Positions 11,060 through 24,332 are shown, counted from the whole stretch's first letter. The stretch is 63,892 nucleotides of DNA, filler included, from Reticulomyxa filosa (GCA_000512085.1; 20 parts of 20 records of this genome joined end to end with filler, not necessarily neighbours in it), one strand, 5' to 3'. Notes: generated from the sequence alone by a model not told the origin. Numbers and translations are program-made.

Positions 11060-12325
11060 TTAATGCTGTCCAGGGGTCATCCCCGGTTTTTTGGCTTTGA
11101 CCGTGGTCGTGGTAGCAGTCGGGTTGGCCGCAGCTTGCTGGCGCGGCGCAGTCGGCAGGTCACCGCTGTACTCGTATGCGACGGTACCAGCTGGATGCTG
11201 GTACCAACCCGGATCCTTGTAGTTACCGGCGGGCTGGTCCTTGCGCACCTTCAGCACGCTGAACATGCCACCCATTTCCAGTGGGCCGAAAGGTCCCTGC
11301 CCGGTCATCATCGGTGCGGTGTTGTCGGGGATCGGCATTTCCATTTCACCCATGTCAGCCATGCCACGCTCACCCATCAGCATGTAGTCTGGTGCTACTT
11401 TCTGGATCTTCTGCACCAGACCACGGTGATCGACGCCGATCATGGTCGGCACATCGTGGCCCATGGCATTCATGGTGTGGTGGCTCTTATGGCAATGAAT
11501 CGCCCAGTCGCCTTCTTCGTCAGCAATGAACTCCAGCTGTCGCATCTGGCCGACCGCCACATCGGTGGTGACCTCGTACCAGCGAGTAGATTTGGGCGTC
11601 GGTCCACCATCGGTACCGGTCACCAGGAACTCATGTCCGTGCAGGTGGATCGGATGGTTGGTCATGGTCAGGTTGCCAACACGGATACGCACCTTGTCAT
11701 TCAGCCGCACATTCAACGAATCAATGCCCGGGAAGATGCGACTGTTCCACGCCCAGATATTGAAATCGGTCATGGTGTTGACCTTGGGCGTCTTGCTGCC
11801 CGGCTCCACGTCGAAGGCGTTGAGCAGGAAGCAGAAGTCACGGTCAACCTCGTCGATCAGCGGGTGCTTGCCCTTGGGGTGTGTCACCCAGAAGCCATGC
11901 ATGCCCATCGCCATCTGCACCATCTCGTCGGCATGCGGGTGGTACATGAAGGTGCCGGGGCGCCGCGCCACGAATTCATAGACGAAGGTCTTGCCTGGCT
12001 TGATGCTGCGCTGGGTCAGGCCGGATACACCGTCCATGCCGTTGGGCAGGCGCTGGCCGTGCCAGTGAACACTCGTATGCTCCGGCAGCTTGTTGGTGAC
12101 GAAGATACGCACTCGGTCACCTTCCACCACCTCGATGGTCGGGCCCGGGCTCTGGCCGTTGTAACCCCATAGCTGAGCGGTAAAGCCGGGGGCCATCTCG
12201 CGTTCAACCGGTTCGGCGACCAGATGGAACTCCTTAACGCCATTGTTCATGCGCCACGGCAAGGTCCAGCCGTTCAGCGTGACTACAGGGTTGTACGGGC
12301 GGCCGCTATTCGGGATCAACGGTGG
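11060..12325 (-). CDS. Two-domain multicopper oxidase (copper resistance), 5'-truncated (bacterial)
   Basis: Copper ligand motifs HWHG, YHPH, HPIHLHGH and HCHKSHH...M; Met-rich C-terminus; GC-rich, intronless. Confidence 0.92.
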   Translation of the reverse strand, partial: PPLIPNSGRPYNPVVTLNGWTLPWRMNNGVKEFHLVAEPVEREMAPGFTAQLWGYNGQSPGPTIEVVEGDRVRIFVTNKLPEHTSVHWHGQRLPNGMDGVSGLTQRSIKPGKTFVYEFVARRPGTFMYHPHADEMVQMAMGMHGFWVTHPKGKHPLIDEVDRDFCFLLNAFDVEPGSKTPKVNTMTDFNIWAWNSRIFPGIDSLNVRLNDKVRIRVGNLTMTNHPIHLHGHEFLVTGTDGGPTPKSTRWYEVTTDVAVGQMRQLEFIADEEGDWAIHCHKSHHTMNAMGHDVPTMIGVDHRGLVQKIQKVAPDYMLMGERGMADMGEMEMPIPDNTAPMMTGQGPFGPLEMGGMFSVLKVRKDQPAGNYKDPGWYQHPAGTVAYEYSGDLPTAPRQQAAANPTATTTTVKAKKPGMTPGQH

Positions 12326-12425
12326 NNNNNNNNNNNNNNNNNNNNNNNNNNNNNNNNNNNNNNNNNNNNTTAATTAATTAANNNNNNNNNNNNNNNNNNN
12401 NNNNNNNNNNNNNNNNNNNNNNNNN

Positions 12426-13519
12426 TTATCTTCTTCCATTCCTTTGATTTCATAAAGCTGTTGAAACTTGCGTAGGTCCCATAAACGAACAGTATTGTCA
12501 GCCGATCCAGAGCATATTATGTTTCTAGCACCAGCTCTACTACTTTCATAAGATAAGTAATCGACGCAATTAACAGCACCTTCATGTCCCCTAAGTGTAT
12601 GAATTTCTTTTTTGGATCGAGTGTCCCAGAAGCGAATAGCTCTGTCCCTTGACGCAGAGCATATACAACCATTGCAACTTTCTTCATAGGGTAAGTATTT
12701 GACACTCAGCACATAATCTTCATGTCCCTTGAAAACAATCAACTCCTTTGCTTTTTCAATGTCCCACACACGAACGGTGCTATCAAACGATCCAGAGCAA
12801 ATGGTATATTCATTACCGCTACTAACGACATTATCACGATTTTCTCTTCGAAATGAAAAATCGACACATCGAATCACTCCAGAATGTCCTTTGAAAGTTT
12901 GCAAGGAGCTGGATGTTTCAATATCCCACAATCGAATGGTTAAATCTGCCGACACAGAACATAAATATCGACCACCATCATATGGTGAAAATTGAATGTC
13001 ATTCACTTCTCTTTTATGTCCTTTGAATATTTGCAACTTACGTTTCTGTTTAATGTCCCAAAAGCAAATGGTCTTATCATGTGATGCAGAACAAATAACA
13101 CACTGGCGATATTTATAGTAATGATATGGTGAAAATTTCACTCCATACACAATCCCCAAATTGTCATTAAACTCTTGCACCAATTTGCCATTTTTCACAT
13201 TCCACACAAAAATTTTCATGTCTCGTGATCCGGATGCGAGCAATTGCTCATCACCGAATGTGAAATAATCCATACTATATACCACGTGAGAATGTCCGGT
13301 AAGTGTCCGCTTGCATCTGGCCGAACGAGACAAATCCAAATCTAAAATGCATATCTGTTTGATTTTTGGAGTTGACACTTGCCAATTTTGGTTGCTTTCT
13401 TTTTTATCATTATCATTTTTCATATCTTGTATTTTCCTCCAATCATTTGCTTTCTCCAAACTTATTTTCTCTTTGGACGATATTTTTTCATCACTTTTTG
13501 ATTTTATACGCTTTTGCAA
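12426..13519 (-). CDS. WD40-repeat protein of an expanded lineage-specific family, partial
   Basis: Repeated GH...WD units (GHSHVV, CFWDI, RLWDI, RVWDI, RFWDT, RLWDL). Confidence 0.9.
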
Positions 13520-14783
13520 TATCTTTGTCTCACAANNNNNNNNNNNNNNNNNNNNNNNNNNNNNNNNNNNNNNNNNNNNTTAATTAATTAANNNNNNNNN
13601 NNNNNNNNNNNNNNNNNNNNNNNNNNNNNNNNNNNAGCAATTCCAAGACCATAATGGTTCGCACACTCGTAACAGAGTTAGTTACAACAAAACAAAATAA
13701 ATATATATGTATATGTATAAATATGTATTGTTTGCAACATGTACAGAAACTATTCGAACAATACGGTTTGCAGATACAACAAAGAAGGCGAAGAACAAGG
13801 TGAAAGTGAACGACCGCCTGGATGAAGAGAAAGATGTGAATCATCTAAGGCTGTCTATGGCCTGCTGTTGACTTACAAAATAGAGCACAAGTACGAAGAA
13901 AAAGCCGATCGAAATGAAAAAGTATATGATATGACAACGGTAATAGAACAAAAAGTGAACGAACCAGTAAAATCAATATTAGCAAACGATGACAATAAAA
14001 ACAAGGAAGAAAATGCTAATACTAATGCCAATTACAATGAAATGACAACAAATAACAAATCATCTTGTATGTTGAGACAGATCTATATTTACTTTAATAA
14101 GTTGATAAAGGTGACGATGCAGAAACTTAGCGATTGATTGATCAGGTCTATCGACTTTGAGGAATTACTACTGTAACTTCTGAACATTTTGACTCACACC
14201 CAACACAGGAACGGGCTTCGCTTGCTCGTGCAATTGCGCATGGAGACAACATAGAATTATAAGCAATTGCATTAGCGATCCAAAGACTGTACGCATAAGT
14301 AAAGGATATGACTACTCGCAAGACGGTAGACTGGAAGAGTTTAACGATAGTTGGATCATTCCGTTTAATCAAAGAGACATTGACGAAGAGTGCTTTAGCA
14401 GGGGAAAAAAGCTTGGCAACAGCACTTACTGGAGCAGAGATTGATGAGCAATCGCTGGACAGTAGACTATTACTCGCAACGTGAAGATGAAGAATGGCGA
14501 AGACAATGAATGGTTGTGACTGCAACCACTCAAGCGGTGGAAACGCTGATTACCTTGATCGAAAAAATACGTTTTTATTGATGATTTTTTTTGCATATTC
14601 GATCTAATATTGAATATTTTTTTATTGTCTATGTTTCAAATAGATGTTATTGATTAATTCTTTTCAATTATGTGAATTTTTTGTTTCATTAACAAAATAT
14701 ATCAATGTAAAATACCTTTTTATTTTTTAAATCCCTTTTTTTAAGAAAAGTTAAATTTAAAACACTTCAGCAACATTAACAAC

Positions 14784-15240
14784 ATGGATGATCGAACAAC
14801 AAACTATAACCTCCTGAAAGAGAGGCAAAACAAAGCCAAATCCCAAAACCATCTTTCAAACTTTGAAAAAGCTGCACATTCCACTTGTGCAATCTCAATG
14901 TGTGCTACGCAAACACAACTCCTCATTTGTAGAGGTAAATATCAAAGAGCTTGTTATTATCATCATACAATCAAAAACAAACGCAATTTTATCTGTGAAT
15001 ATCCAAGTCATGTTGAATTGGTTGGACATATGTAGTAAAACCGGTAGATAACAATAGATTATTACTTAATGCAATCAAGTTGTATTGTATCAGTTAATGT
15101 TGCAAAAATCCTTTTCGCAATGGTTTTTACTTACAAACTGTCGCATCCCAAGAGTTGTGTTATCATCTAAAGAAACATCAATCCACGCTTTGTGCATCAA
15201 ATGTCTTTTACGATAAAGTAATTTGAAAAAGGAATACGTG
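14784..15240 (+). pseudogene. Kelch-like family pseudogene
   Basis: Frameshifted fragments LKKLHIPLVQSQCVL / LLICRGKYQRACYYHHTIKNK..FICEYPSHVEL.GH are homologous to the Kelch-like gene at 32083-33191. Confidence 0.65.
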
Positions 15241-15759
15241 CATACTCAGTTCTGGACAAATTCTTTTAAAAATATATCTAATCTTCATTTAAAATCATAT
15301 GTATTCTAAAATCCTATTTTTGACGTTGCCAAAATATTTTTGAAAATCCCTTTCATTACCCTTGAGAAAAAAAGCTCAATATCTTCCATTTTACGTCATC
15401 AAAAGCGATCTTAAGCAAAAAACAAAATGACAACTCTTAGCAATGAGAAGCNNNNNNNNNNNNNNNNNNNNNNNNNNNNNNNNNNNNNNNNNNNNTTAAT
15501 TAATTAANNNNNNNNNNNNNNNNNNNNNNNNNNNNNNNNNNNNNNNNNNNNTATACATATATAATGAGGGAGGGGGGGAAGTCCTTTTCAAACAAGTAAA
15601 AAAACTTTTTTTTTTTTTTTTTTAGAAAAAGGACCCCTTACATATCTCTTTGTTTAGATAGATGGAAATACGTATACATATACATACATATACATACAAT
15701 ATTTATTTATTTATTTTATTTATTTTGTTCATTTTGTTGATTTGTTTGTTTGAACAAAG

Positions 15760-16383
15760 GAAGTGGGAGACGATCAAGCAAGCCCGCCGCCTCCAGCAGC
15801 CGCAGCGGCAGCAGCGTCGGGCCTTTACAAGGGCAGCAGTGGGAAGCTGATAGACCGCAGTGAGGAGAGCAGCAGTACGGGAGGATTTATAGGCTTAGGC
15901 AGCAGTGGTGGTGGTGGTGGCGGTGGCGGTGGCATTGGGGCGGTGTCGATGTCGCATTCCGGAGGAATGAAAGACGTGACGCATGTGACGCTGTCGTCGT
16001 CGTTGTTCGAGCGCATCGAGGCGCTGAACTTTCTGTTTGTGTACGAGTGCATCCACGTGCATACCTTGCTGGGCGAAATGCAAGAGCTGAGCATCATTTA
16101 TCGAGACCTGCGAAAGCAAAATCGCGACGAGTTGCTGAACAAGTCCAATCTGTTGTTGAATCAAGAGAGCGATATCGTCAAGTACTTTGCCAGCGTTGCC
16201 GGCTTCTTTGTCATGGAACATGCCGTGTGCACGAGATATCAGCAACTCATTGACGCCGACGAAATGAGTATTTGGTGGGATCAAAGTATCAAGTTTTTGC
16301 AAAAGAGAATGGAAAATGAGTTGTTGCATGCGTCCACTCGAACAAAGAATAATAATAATAATAATAATAACAATAATAATAAC

Positions 16384-16423
<40 letters not shown>

Positions 16424-18219
16424 CAATGATATTAGTCAAAGTAAAAAACGAATGCGTGATATTAAGCAATATTCTGCAAAATTATGACTTCAAAACCAAT
16501 GTGTTGGACTCGTTCATTCAGGAGCTGCGCGTCGAATTTGAGGTGCGCATTTGCGCCGATCTCATGGCCAAGCTCGTGCACAACATCCGCAGCGACCCGC
16601 TCCAGCCCTTGGTCATTCGCAACGCCCAGGACTTTGAGTACTGCGTGCTCGACTTCCGTCTCGATGGACCCGTCAACGAGGAGGACATGCTCGCCTTGGA
16701 CTCCTTCTCCATGGCCAATGTCGACGATGTCCAATCCAATACCACTCTTATTGCCACTCACAAGTCCAACAGCAACAATAATAATAATAATAATAACAAT
16801 AATAATAATATGGGTATGTCGTCACGGGCTTTGTTGCCAGGCATTCGCGAAGAAGAAAAAGAGATCGGTACAGAGACTAGTGTGGATGAGAACGCAGCCA
16901 ATAACAATGACAATAACAATACAAATGGGCCCTCCAAACTTGGACCCGTTTTGGAAATTCCAAAGAATTTTCCTGTCACTCTGCCCTTCAGCAATTCCGT
17001 GCCCAAGATCTGCATGGATGTGTCTGAGTTCATCGAGCAGTATCACGAGTTTGCACGCTATCTCACTGACATGACTCCGCACTTGCGCAACGCCGTTTCC
17101 AAAATGATCAAAGGGTTGGCCGTGGAAATGCAAAACATGGCCACGTCGTCGTCATCCTCTTCGATAAATAACCCCAATGTCGACAGTAAACATGCCAATA
17201 CCAACAACAATATCAACAACAATGTTGCAAATGAGAGCTTGAAGGGAGATGAAAAGGACGCCAGATTGAAAAGTGGTCCGGTGTTGGACAATCGTCTTTC
17301 TTTGGGCATTACAGAACTGGCGCAGATGGCTGTGAATACTCATTATTTGCAAAAAGCTTGTGGGTACTTTGAAGAGATGGTTGTGCTTGCCGGAGGGGAG
17401 GTGACCAGCAATAAGAATCACGAAAACGCCTCGAAAGCACACACTTCTTCGCCCCATTTCTTTTATTCTGAAGATAGTGCTCCGAAAATGTACGAAGCGA
17501 GACAGAGCTTGATCAGTGTCACCTCTGTGTGTGGGGATGCTTTGCTCACGCTCCTCACTGACGAAATCGAACGACTTCTCGAAGGCAATGTCAAAAATAT
17601 GTCATACCATCCCGAACGTGTCAATGCTGTCAATGAAAAATCTCAGCCTTATGTCACCGACTTGATTCACTTCATTCAAGGCATTGTCGTCGGCAAACTC
17701 ACATTTTTGCCTTATTCCCATCAACATTCCGCTTACTTCTTGGCTTGTGCTCGAATCAATCAATTCTTGTTGGCCAGTTTGACCAACGATGAATACGCTG
17801 CTATCAATAAAAAAATCAATATCATTGGTCATTTTATTTATTGCATATATGTTTATTTCATTGTAATTGTTTACATTCTTTTTTTTTTTTTTTGGTCAAC
17901 AGGCATTTATAACTTACACTTGGATGTGAAGGCATTCGAGGATTGGAGTCGAGAGACTGGAATTCTGGATTTGGATAGCACGTTCAAGCAATTGAGGGTA
18001 TTGTTGGATTTGTTGTTAAGTGGAACTGGACTTTTGGAATATTTGGATGAGGAAATTCGACAAAAGAAATATGCTTATGTTCTTCCGTCTGATTTGAAAA
18101 AAATCTTGGAAAAATTTAAAACCAATTTGGGCTTGTTTGCTGGCAAATTACCTAAACATATTTCCAATTTAGACAAAAAGATCATTAGCACGGTTTTAAA
18201 AGCACTCGAACACATGTAA
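15760..18219 (+). CDS. SEC15: Exocyst complex component Sec15/EXOC6, 5'-partial
   Basis: SVAGFFVMEH, FPVTLPFSNSVPKI and LAQMAVNTHYLQKAC match recalled Sec15 motifs. Acceptor ends at 15759; in-frame 75-nt GT-AG intron at 17828-17902; poly-Asn and poly-Gly inserts. Confidence 0.85.
16348..16422 (+). repeat. (AAT/AAC)n coding microsatellite (poly-Asn)
   Basis: About 25 consecutive Asn codons in Sec15; further tracts near 16773-16809 and 42899-43010. Confidence 0.9.
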
Positions 18220-19049
18220 TTTTTTCCCCCCCCCCACAAGCTTTACAAACTTCGTGCAAGTGTTTTTTTAGATTTGCTTTGCTTTTGTTTATTTGTTGTA
18301 CTATATTGTCGCCATTACAAAAGAATTAAAAAAATGCGCATGAATTTGAAGAGATAAAAACTATCCAAAATTGTGTGGAAAACAACTTTAAATACACTTT
18401 CGAAAAAATCTTTTTTTATGTTTTTTTCTGTCTTAATATTATTCATTAATTTTTTAATAAGAAAATTCTTAGTTCCATCAATTACAATAGAAAAAGAGAT
18501 CATAAAATTAATTCGTGATTGTAAATTAGTGCAATGTATTTGTGTTTCTTTTGTTAAATTTTGATAAAAAGACAAGCTTGAGTTACCATGAAGGGGAATA
18601 ATGTACAACAAAGAAGACAAAACGTCCATTAGAAAAGTGGTATAAAGTTTGGAAACTGTTTGGGTCTTGTGGTAAGGATAACAAAAATCAAAGAATTAAA
18701 TGTAATCGAATTGCTTTGAATCCCTTCGTTAAGTTTTATTAGTTCAATTTATTGCATACAAAAAATAAAACACAATTAAATCTCTTGTCTAAACTATTTG
18801 TTAATCCAACAAAAACTAACAATGGCAAAAAAGAACAAAAAAGTTAGAAGAACTCAACCAAATTTCACCAAAAACAACAATGTGTGGAGAACCAAAATCC
18901 ACTTTTGAAGAAAAACAATTTACATATTTCAAAAAAAAGAGAAAATAATTTGAGAAAAAAAACATTTGAGGAAAAAAACAATGTAAACTTTTAATTGTTG
19001 TCAATACCCTAGTATTTCACATTAAGCTTAATTTAGCGTGTGCCGCTTG

Positions 19050-19900
19050 TTATTTATTTGGGCAAAAAAAGATAGATTGGATGGAAAAGTCTTTCAAGAC
19101 ACAAATTTTAACTAATTTGAGTGGAAGTAAATTTGTTGCTTGTAAAGAGATCTGATATTGTTTTGAAAATTTAGCCCAAGCATCATTAATATTTAAGGCA
19201 TCAATACCAAAGCTGTGGACAACACCATTTGTCTTTTCTTCAAAATCAAATTGAAATCGATAAGGATACTCAGTCACAACATCCTCATTCTCATCGTCAC
19301 TACCACTGTCATCATTCTTCTCATTCTCATTACGCAATACACATGTTTTCTTTTCATCAGTTTTTAACATTTCTGACAGCTTTCTTTTTCTCTGCTTCTT
19401 TTGTCTTTGTTCAACTTTTTTTGTCTCAACAATAGACATTGCTTTATTATTACACGCGCTATTCTCACATAATGAGAATGGCAACGTGTCCACATTACCT
19501 TGTTGCAACAACGACGGGATTTGGACAACACAATGGTCGAACTCCCATTGGTTCGACTGTTCATTGTACCTCCAACACTTCCATTCGTCATGCTGTTGCG
19601 AACATTTTTTTTTGTTATCAATCCTATTACATACAAAACACTGGCTTGGTGGTGATGCTTTTTCCATTTCAAGATATCCATCATCTTCTTTGCTTGGGTT
19701 TACCATACGTACATCAACCTTTATCTTTTTTTTTGTTGGGTGTGTTTTTATTGGTTGTATAATAAGTGTAAAACGATTGTTCTTTTATTTAACAAAAAAA
19801 ACAACTTTATTGATTGAGGAAGGTGTTGCGTGACCCTTTCCCGCTTTTTTATGATCAGTCGCATTTCGTTTCTGTTTTGTATTCGCAATCTTGGTTTTGT
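19050..19900 (-). CDS. Hypothetical multi-exon protein with Cys cluster and basic NLS-like patch
   Basis: 218-aa open exon (CFVC...C...C...CENSAC; KKQRKRK). An upstream exon joins through a GT-AG intron at about 19719-19805. Confidence 0.5.
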
Positions 19901-20342
19901 TCATGTCGGCTGTATGTTGTAGTACGTATACACAATGTAATATACACAAGGTGTCAAGTCTGTGTTCTTTTTGTCTTCTCTTCCCCAAAATTTATTGGTT
20001 CATTTTTGTTTGAATAACGAGGAGAAACGATTCAACAAAAATAGAAATACCTTCCAAGCAATAACAAACAAGCACACGAATAAACAATAACAAGAAAAGA
20101 ACGCTAGACAAACAAAAGCAAAAACAATAAAAAAAGTCTTCTGATCCCCCCCAACGTTCCTAAGTTACTCCAAAAAAATTTCAAAATATCACTAGCTGTA
20201 CAAAAATATATGAATTTTACAAAAATAAAAGATTTTATTATTGACAGATATTTCTTTCGTTCCTACTTGCTTAAGTAATGCAAAATAGTAGTGTGACAAC
20301 AAAGGTCTCGAAAAACGGGGGGATATTCCAGAATAATCAATC

Positions 20343-21401
20343 ATGATTCTTTCTTTTCTTGTATTTTGGGCACTAATAGTAAAAGGTGACTTTCCATATG
20401 CATGTTCATTGAAGGTGAAGGTATCCATATAAGCTTTGTGTTGGACAATAGCTTTGGGCAGTCGCACGTACACACTGACGTGGGGAGTGCCAGGACTCGG
20501 AGACGAAAGTTCGTGTACGTTTTATATTACCCTATGCGCAGGCGAAAAGTCGACCGGAGCAAAGTGTACCTACAATTACTATGTTGCCAATGGTATCAAC
20601 GACGGCGATGTGATACATATTACAAACCCAGAAGACATTGGCACTATTCATTACGTGTATGTGATTCACATGGGTGAATGTCTTGACCCATTTTGTTTTA
20701 GTTATGTCACCACAAAAAAAAAACTTGGAAAAAAAAAAAACAAAGAAGAGTTTTTGTTTTGTTTTGTTTGATTTCTCATGTAACAGGTAGCATAACAGTG
20801 GACTCAATACAGGTATCAATCGGTTTTCCATTTAACTTGGGCTGTCTCACCGACTTCACCGGAGACGCCGGATGTACGTATCTGCCGATTAACCTTGATG
20901 CCACCGCAGCCCCTCCTGGCGGGATTTATTCTTCCGTCACTCAAATCATTTGTGACTGGCCAGCTTTGACGACCTTTGCCCCGACCACTTTCAGTTTATT
21001 TTTGGATACATTTGTATTCACTTTTTTTTTTTTTAATTTTGACTGTCAAATATTGTTTTTGTTTTTTTTTTTTTTTTTTTAGCAGTTGTGCATGCAATGC
21101 TGTTGCATGTTACATGAGAAATTTCTGTTTCATCGAAACAAACAAACATGAAATTTGATATTGTACGTATGATAAACAAAAAGTTGATTTGTTTTTGTTT
21201 TGTGTGTCCCAGCGACAAAGTCCCCCGACAGCAAAGCCGACACAAACGCCTTTTACGCTGAGTCCCACATTGGCACCGATTGTAGCGAATAGTGACATGT
21301 TCGAACTGATCACCTCGTACACATATGTGATCAAGGATACGACAGTGACGGACGACCAAGTCTCTGGCATTGTGTACAATGCAGTAATGGCTGTGTACAA
21401 A
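20343..21401 (+). CDS. Secreted/surface protein with PLAT/LH2-like domain and PT linker, 3'-partial
   Basis: Spliced signal peptide MILSFLVFWALIVK|ALCWTIALG; YTLTWG...FYITL...DIGTIHYVYVIH...VDSIQV resembles PLAT; followed by PTAKPTQTPFTLSPT. Confidence 0.45.
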
Positions 21402-21872
21402 NNNNNNNNNNNNNNNNNNNNNNNNNNNNNNNNNNNNNNNNNNNNTTAATTAATTAANNNNNNNNNNNNNNNNNNNNNNNNNNNNNNNNNNNNNNNNNNN
21501 NGAAGAAAAAAGTTTATTCACGACCCACAAAAAAAAAACTTTTTTGTGTACTTGCTTTTTTCCTTTGTAGAGTTCGCGTTCATTACTTTTTTTTTTATGT
21601 AAACACGCTTCCCATTGTTTATGCACTCGCAAAATCGGATCATTCCCTCTTTGCAAGAATGAACATTATTTTTTGCAATAGAAAGATTTTTATTAAACAT
21701 TAAATGTTTTAATTTCCATGATTTGTATAGGCTATTTTAAAAAATTTGAAAACAGGCTGTTTCTTCAATAAGATTGTAGACATTTGTTAGCACCTTTTTT
21801 GCTGTTGGTTATGCATTGCATTAAATCAAAAATATTTATTTTACTAAAAAATTACCAAACATTTCAACAAAA

Positions 21873-22919
21873 TCAAGTTGATGTTCTAACAATTCTGCTC
21901 AATAATTCTTCTGTTTTTTGGCTGCAACAACCAAACAAAAAATTATGGATTCTATCTGCAAATGTGAAGCTGGTTAATATCAAAATGCCATTGAAAACAG
22001 AATCAATAAACAGGATCATAACAATTTTACAGGTTCCAACAATCATCATAGCCAAAAAAGTAGAACAAAAACTAGTCAAAGCAATAACTCCACATTTTCT
22101 GACATGTACAAGCATCTGCATTGTTTCTCTTGAAACTTCACGATCTGCAGAATTCCTGTGAATCTGAATAAGATCAAGTTCTTCATTTTTATGTACCGCA
22201 CGTGCAGTATTGATCATTCTTGTAATATACATGTACCCGATAACAATATTCAGTCCAGCTATTAGTGCTAATCCAAAAATAACATTTATAGTAAAAAATA
22301 TTCCACTGAGACCACATATATTATAGTGCCCGTGGGCTGAAGGAGATTGTACATTAAAATCAGTACTTTTGAAATATTGGCATTTAGGACTTGTTGATAA
22401 CTTAGCATTTAATCCTGCAATAACAATACTTCCTACTATCGGCACTAAATATAATCCCCAAAGACGATATTTTGAAATGCCATACAATGATTTTTCAAAT
22501 ACTAACACTAATATTTTTCCAACAACACAAAAAAAAACAAGACAAAATGACTCTGTTTGTTTCACAAAATGGAGGGAGTTCAAACCTAGTTTTTTCAGCC
22601 AAAAAAATATACCCACGAGATATATTAATTCCACTAAAAAAGTAAGAGTAGTCAACATCGATTGGCAAGGTGAAAGATCTCCTATCCACCAATTTTGTCC
22701 TGCACCAATAAAAAATAATAAATGTCCGCACAGTGCTATCCACAGCATCGTGTGATAGAACAAACACGCAATCTTCAGGCCCTTGTGTACGTTCTCCAGT
22801 TTCCACAAGTGGTAAAAACTATATATACAAGAAATTGATTCCACCACTAACAAGAAACATGTAAGAATTACAAATGTCCCTAAAGGGCGAGGCCTCAGTT
22901 TATCTAGGCAGGGTGCCAT
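21873..22919 (-). CDS. Multi-pass (7TM GPCR-like) membrane protein
   Basis: About seven hydrophobic segments, Cys in two putative extracellular loops, terminal LFGCC; probable in-frame 78-nt intron at 22508-22585. Confidence 0.6.
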   Translation of the reverse strand: MAPCLDKLRPRPLGTFVILTCFLLVVESISCIYSFYHLWKLENVHKGLKIACLFYHTMLWIALCGHLLFFIGAGQNWWIGDLSPCQSMLTTLTFLVELIYLVGIFFWLKKLGLNSLHFVKQTESFCLVFFCVVGKILVLVFEKSLYGISKYRLWGLYLVPIVGSIVIAGLNAKLSTSPKCQYFKSTDFNVQSPSAHGHYNICGLSGIFFTINVIFGLALIAGLNIVIGYMYITRMINTARAVHKNEELDLIQIHRNSADREVSRETMQMLVHVRKCGVIALTSFCSTFLAMMIVGTCKIVMILFIDSVFNGILILTSFTFADRIHNFLFGCCSQKTEELLSRIVRTST

Positions 22920-23162
22920 AGAAGCAAATGAAACGAGTCAAGAAAAGAAAAAGAGTGTCTGTAAAAAAGTTTGAAACTCGTCGAGTACTCAATAAGATGA
23001 TAAAAATTTTGAACCAGAAAGAAAAATCTAATCAGTTTTTGCTTGGCAATTGGGATCATTAAACATACAAAACAGAAAAAGTACTAAATATGAAAATGAT
23101 AAAACTTTTAAAATTCAACCATAAACTTCTAGAATCAAAACTTATTTTAATCATACGTTCAT

Positions 23163-23374
23163 TGTGGGAATCGCAAGACTAGGTGTACCACGAAGGAACT
23201 TAGTTCCAATACAAGTTTCAGTAAAAAGAAAGTAAATTAATAAGAATAATTACAAGACAATGAAAAGAGTAAATCAAGATAGAAAAGTGAGTTATGTTGT
23301 GAAGAAAGTTTAGACCACTGGATTTCTAAGTGTTTCTTAGAACTTTGGAATCAATAACAGTGACTTACCCTACA
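23163..23374 (-). mobile_element. Solo-LTR-like dispersed repeat, copy 1
   Basis: Minus strand TGTAGGGTAAGTCACTG...GGAACTAAGTTCC...TCCCACA; flanks TCAT/ACAT. Confidence 0.55.
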
Positions 23375-23426
23375 ACATTATATGAGTTAGTAGACCAGTG
23401 AAATATTAAAGGATTTTTATTCCAAT

Positions 23427-23658
23427 TGTAGGGCAAGTCCCTGTCATAAGTATCTGAACGTCAAGGAAACGGAGGAATCCCCAGTAGGTTAAACTTCCTC
23501 AACAACTTACTTCTTACTTTCTTGCTTTTCTTTACTTTTCTTTGTTATCTTGTTTTATTATTTCAATTTCTTTCGTTTTACGAAATCACTATTCTTTTCT
23601 TAGTAAACACCTCTCGTATTACAGTTAGTGTACCACTACTATCAGCAGTCGTCCCACA
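23427..23658 (+). mobile_element. Solo-LTR-like dispersed repeat, copy 2
   Basis: TGTAGGGCAAGTCCCTG...TCGTATTACA...TCCCACA; flanks CAAT/TAAT. Confidence 0.55.
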
Positions 23659-24035
23659 TAATATTAGTTTTCGGTAAAGAAATGAATAAAATTAGAAAAC
23701 AATCATCAGAAGCAAAAACAAGAAATATTTTGTGATGAAAAAGGAAAGTTTTTAAAACTAAAAGTACTGCGTTCCAATGTAAGATGTTCTTGACTGTTAC
23801 AAAGTGTAAATGGCACATCTGTGAAGAAAATCAATTTTCTTCATGAAAAATAAACATTTAAACCTAATTTTTTTATCATTTTTTTGATGTTTTGTTCAAT
23901 TGTTTTTTCATTTTTGACACTTTTAATTATTATTTTGAAATTTTGATTTTTTAAAACAGTAAAACATTTAGATTCTTTTAAGAAATTAGTCGATGTGCTT
24001 ATACAGTAGATTTCTTCTGATGTTTTTTGTAATTA

Positions 24036-24170
24036 CAGTAAGATAAAAAAGAAAGTTGACACCTAAAATGCCACCTTATATAGATGATTGTGTTTCTCCA
24101 TGAAAAAACAACATTTAATCAAAATTTTTTTTTAAAAAAATATCTACGAATCGTGTAGTTTTTAAATATC
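24036..24170 (+). mobile_element. MITE-like repeat end (TA|CAGTA...)
   Basis: Closely matches the reverse complement of 56371-56500 and 56007-56137; a related fragment lies at about 23812-23875. Confidence 0.55.
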
Positions 24171-24332
24171 ATTTTGAATTTAGTTTTTAAATAAGTCTTT
24201 CTAATTTTTTCAAAAATTTTATTCTTTCATTTNNNNNNNNNNNNNNNNNNNNNNNNNNNNNNNNNNNNNNNNNNNNTTAATTAATTAANNNNNNNNNNNN
24301 NNNNNNNNNNNNNNNNNNNNNNNNNNNNNNNN

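Noticed and set aside
11051-12172. 373-aa plus-strand ORF overlapping the copper oxidase
   Set aside because: Antisense shadow ORF typical of GC-rich coding DNA, with no recognisable motifs.
1-12325. Bacteria-to-protist horizontal transfer of the glycan and copper operons
   Set aside because: Both are stand-alone contigs with no eukaryotic flanks or introns. Co-sequenced bacteria is the simpler explanation.
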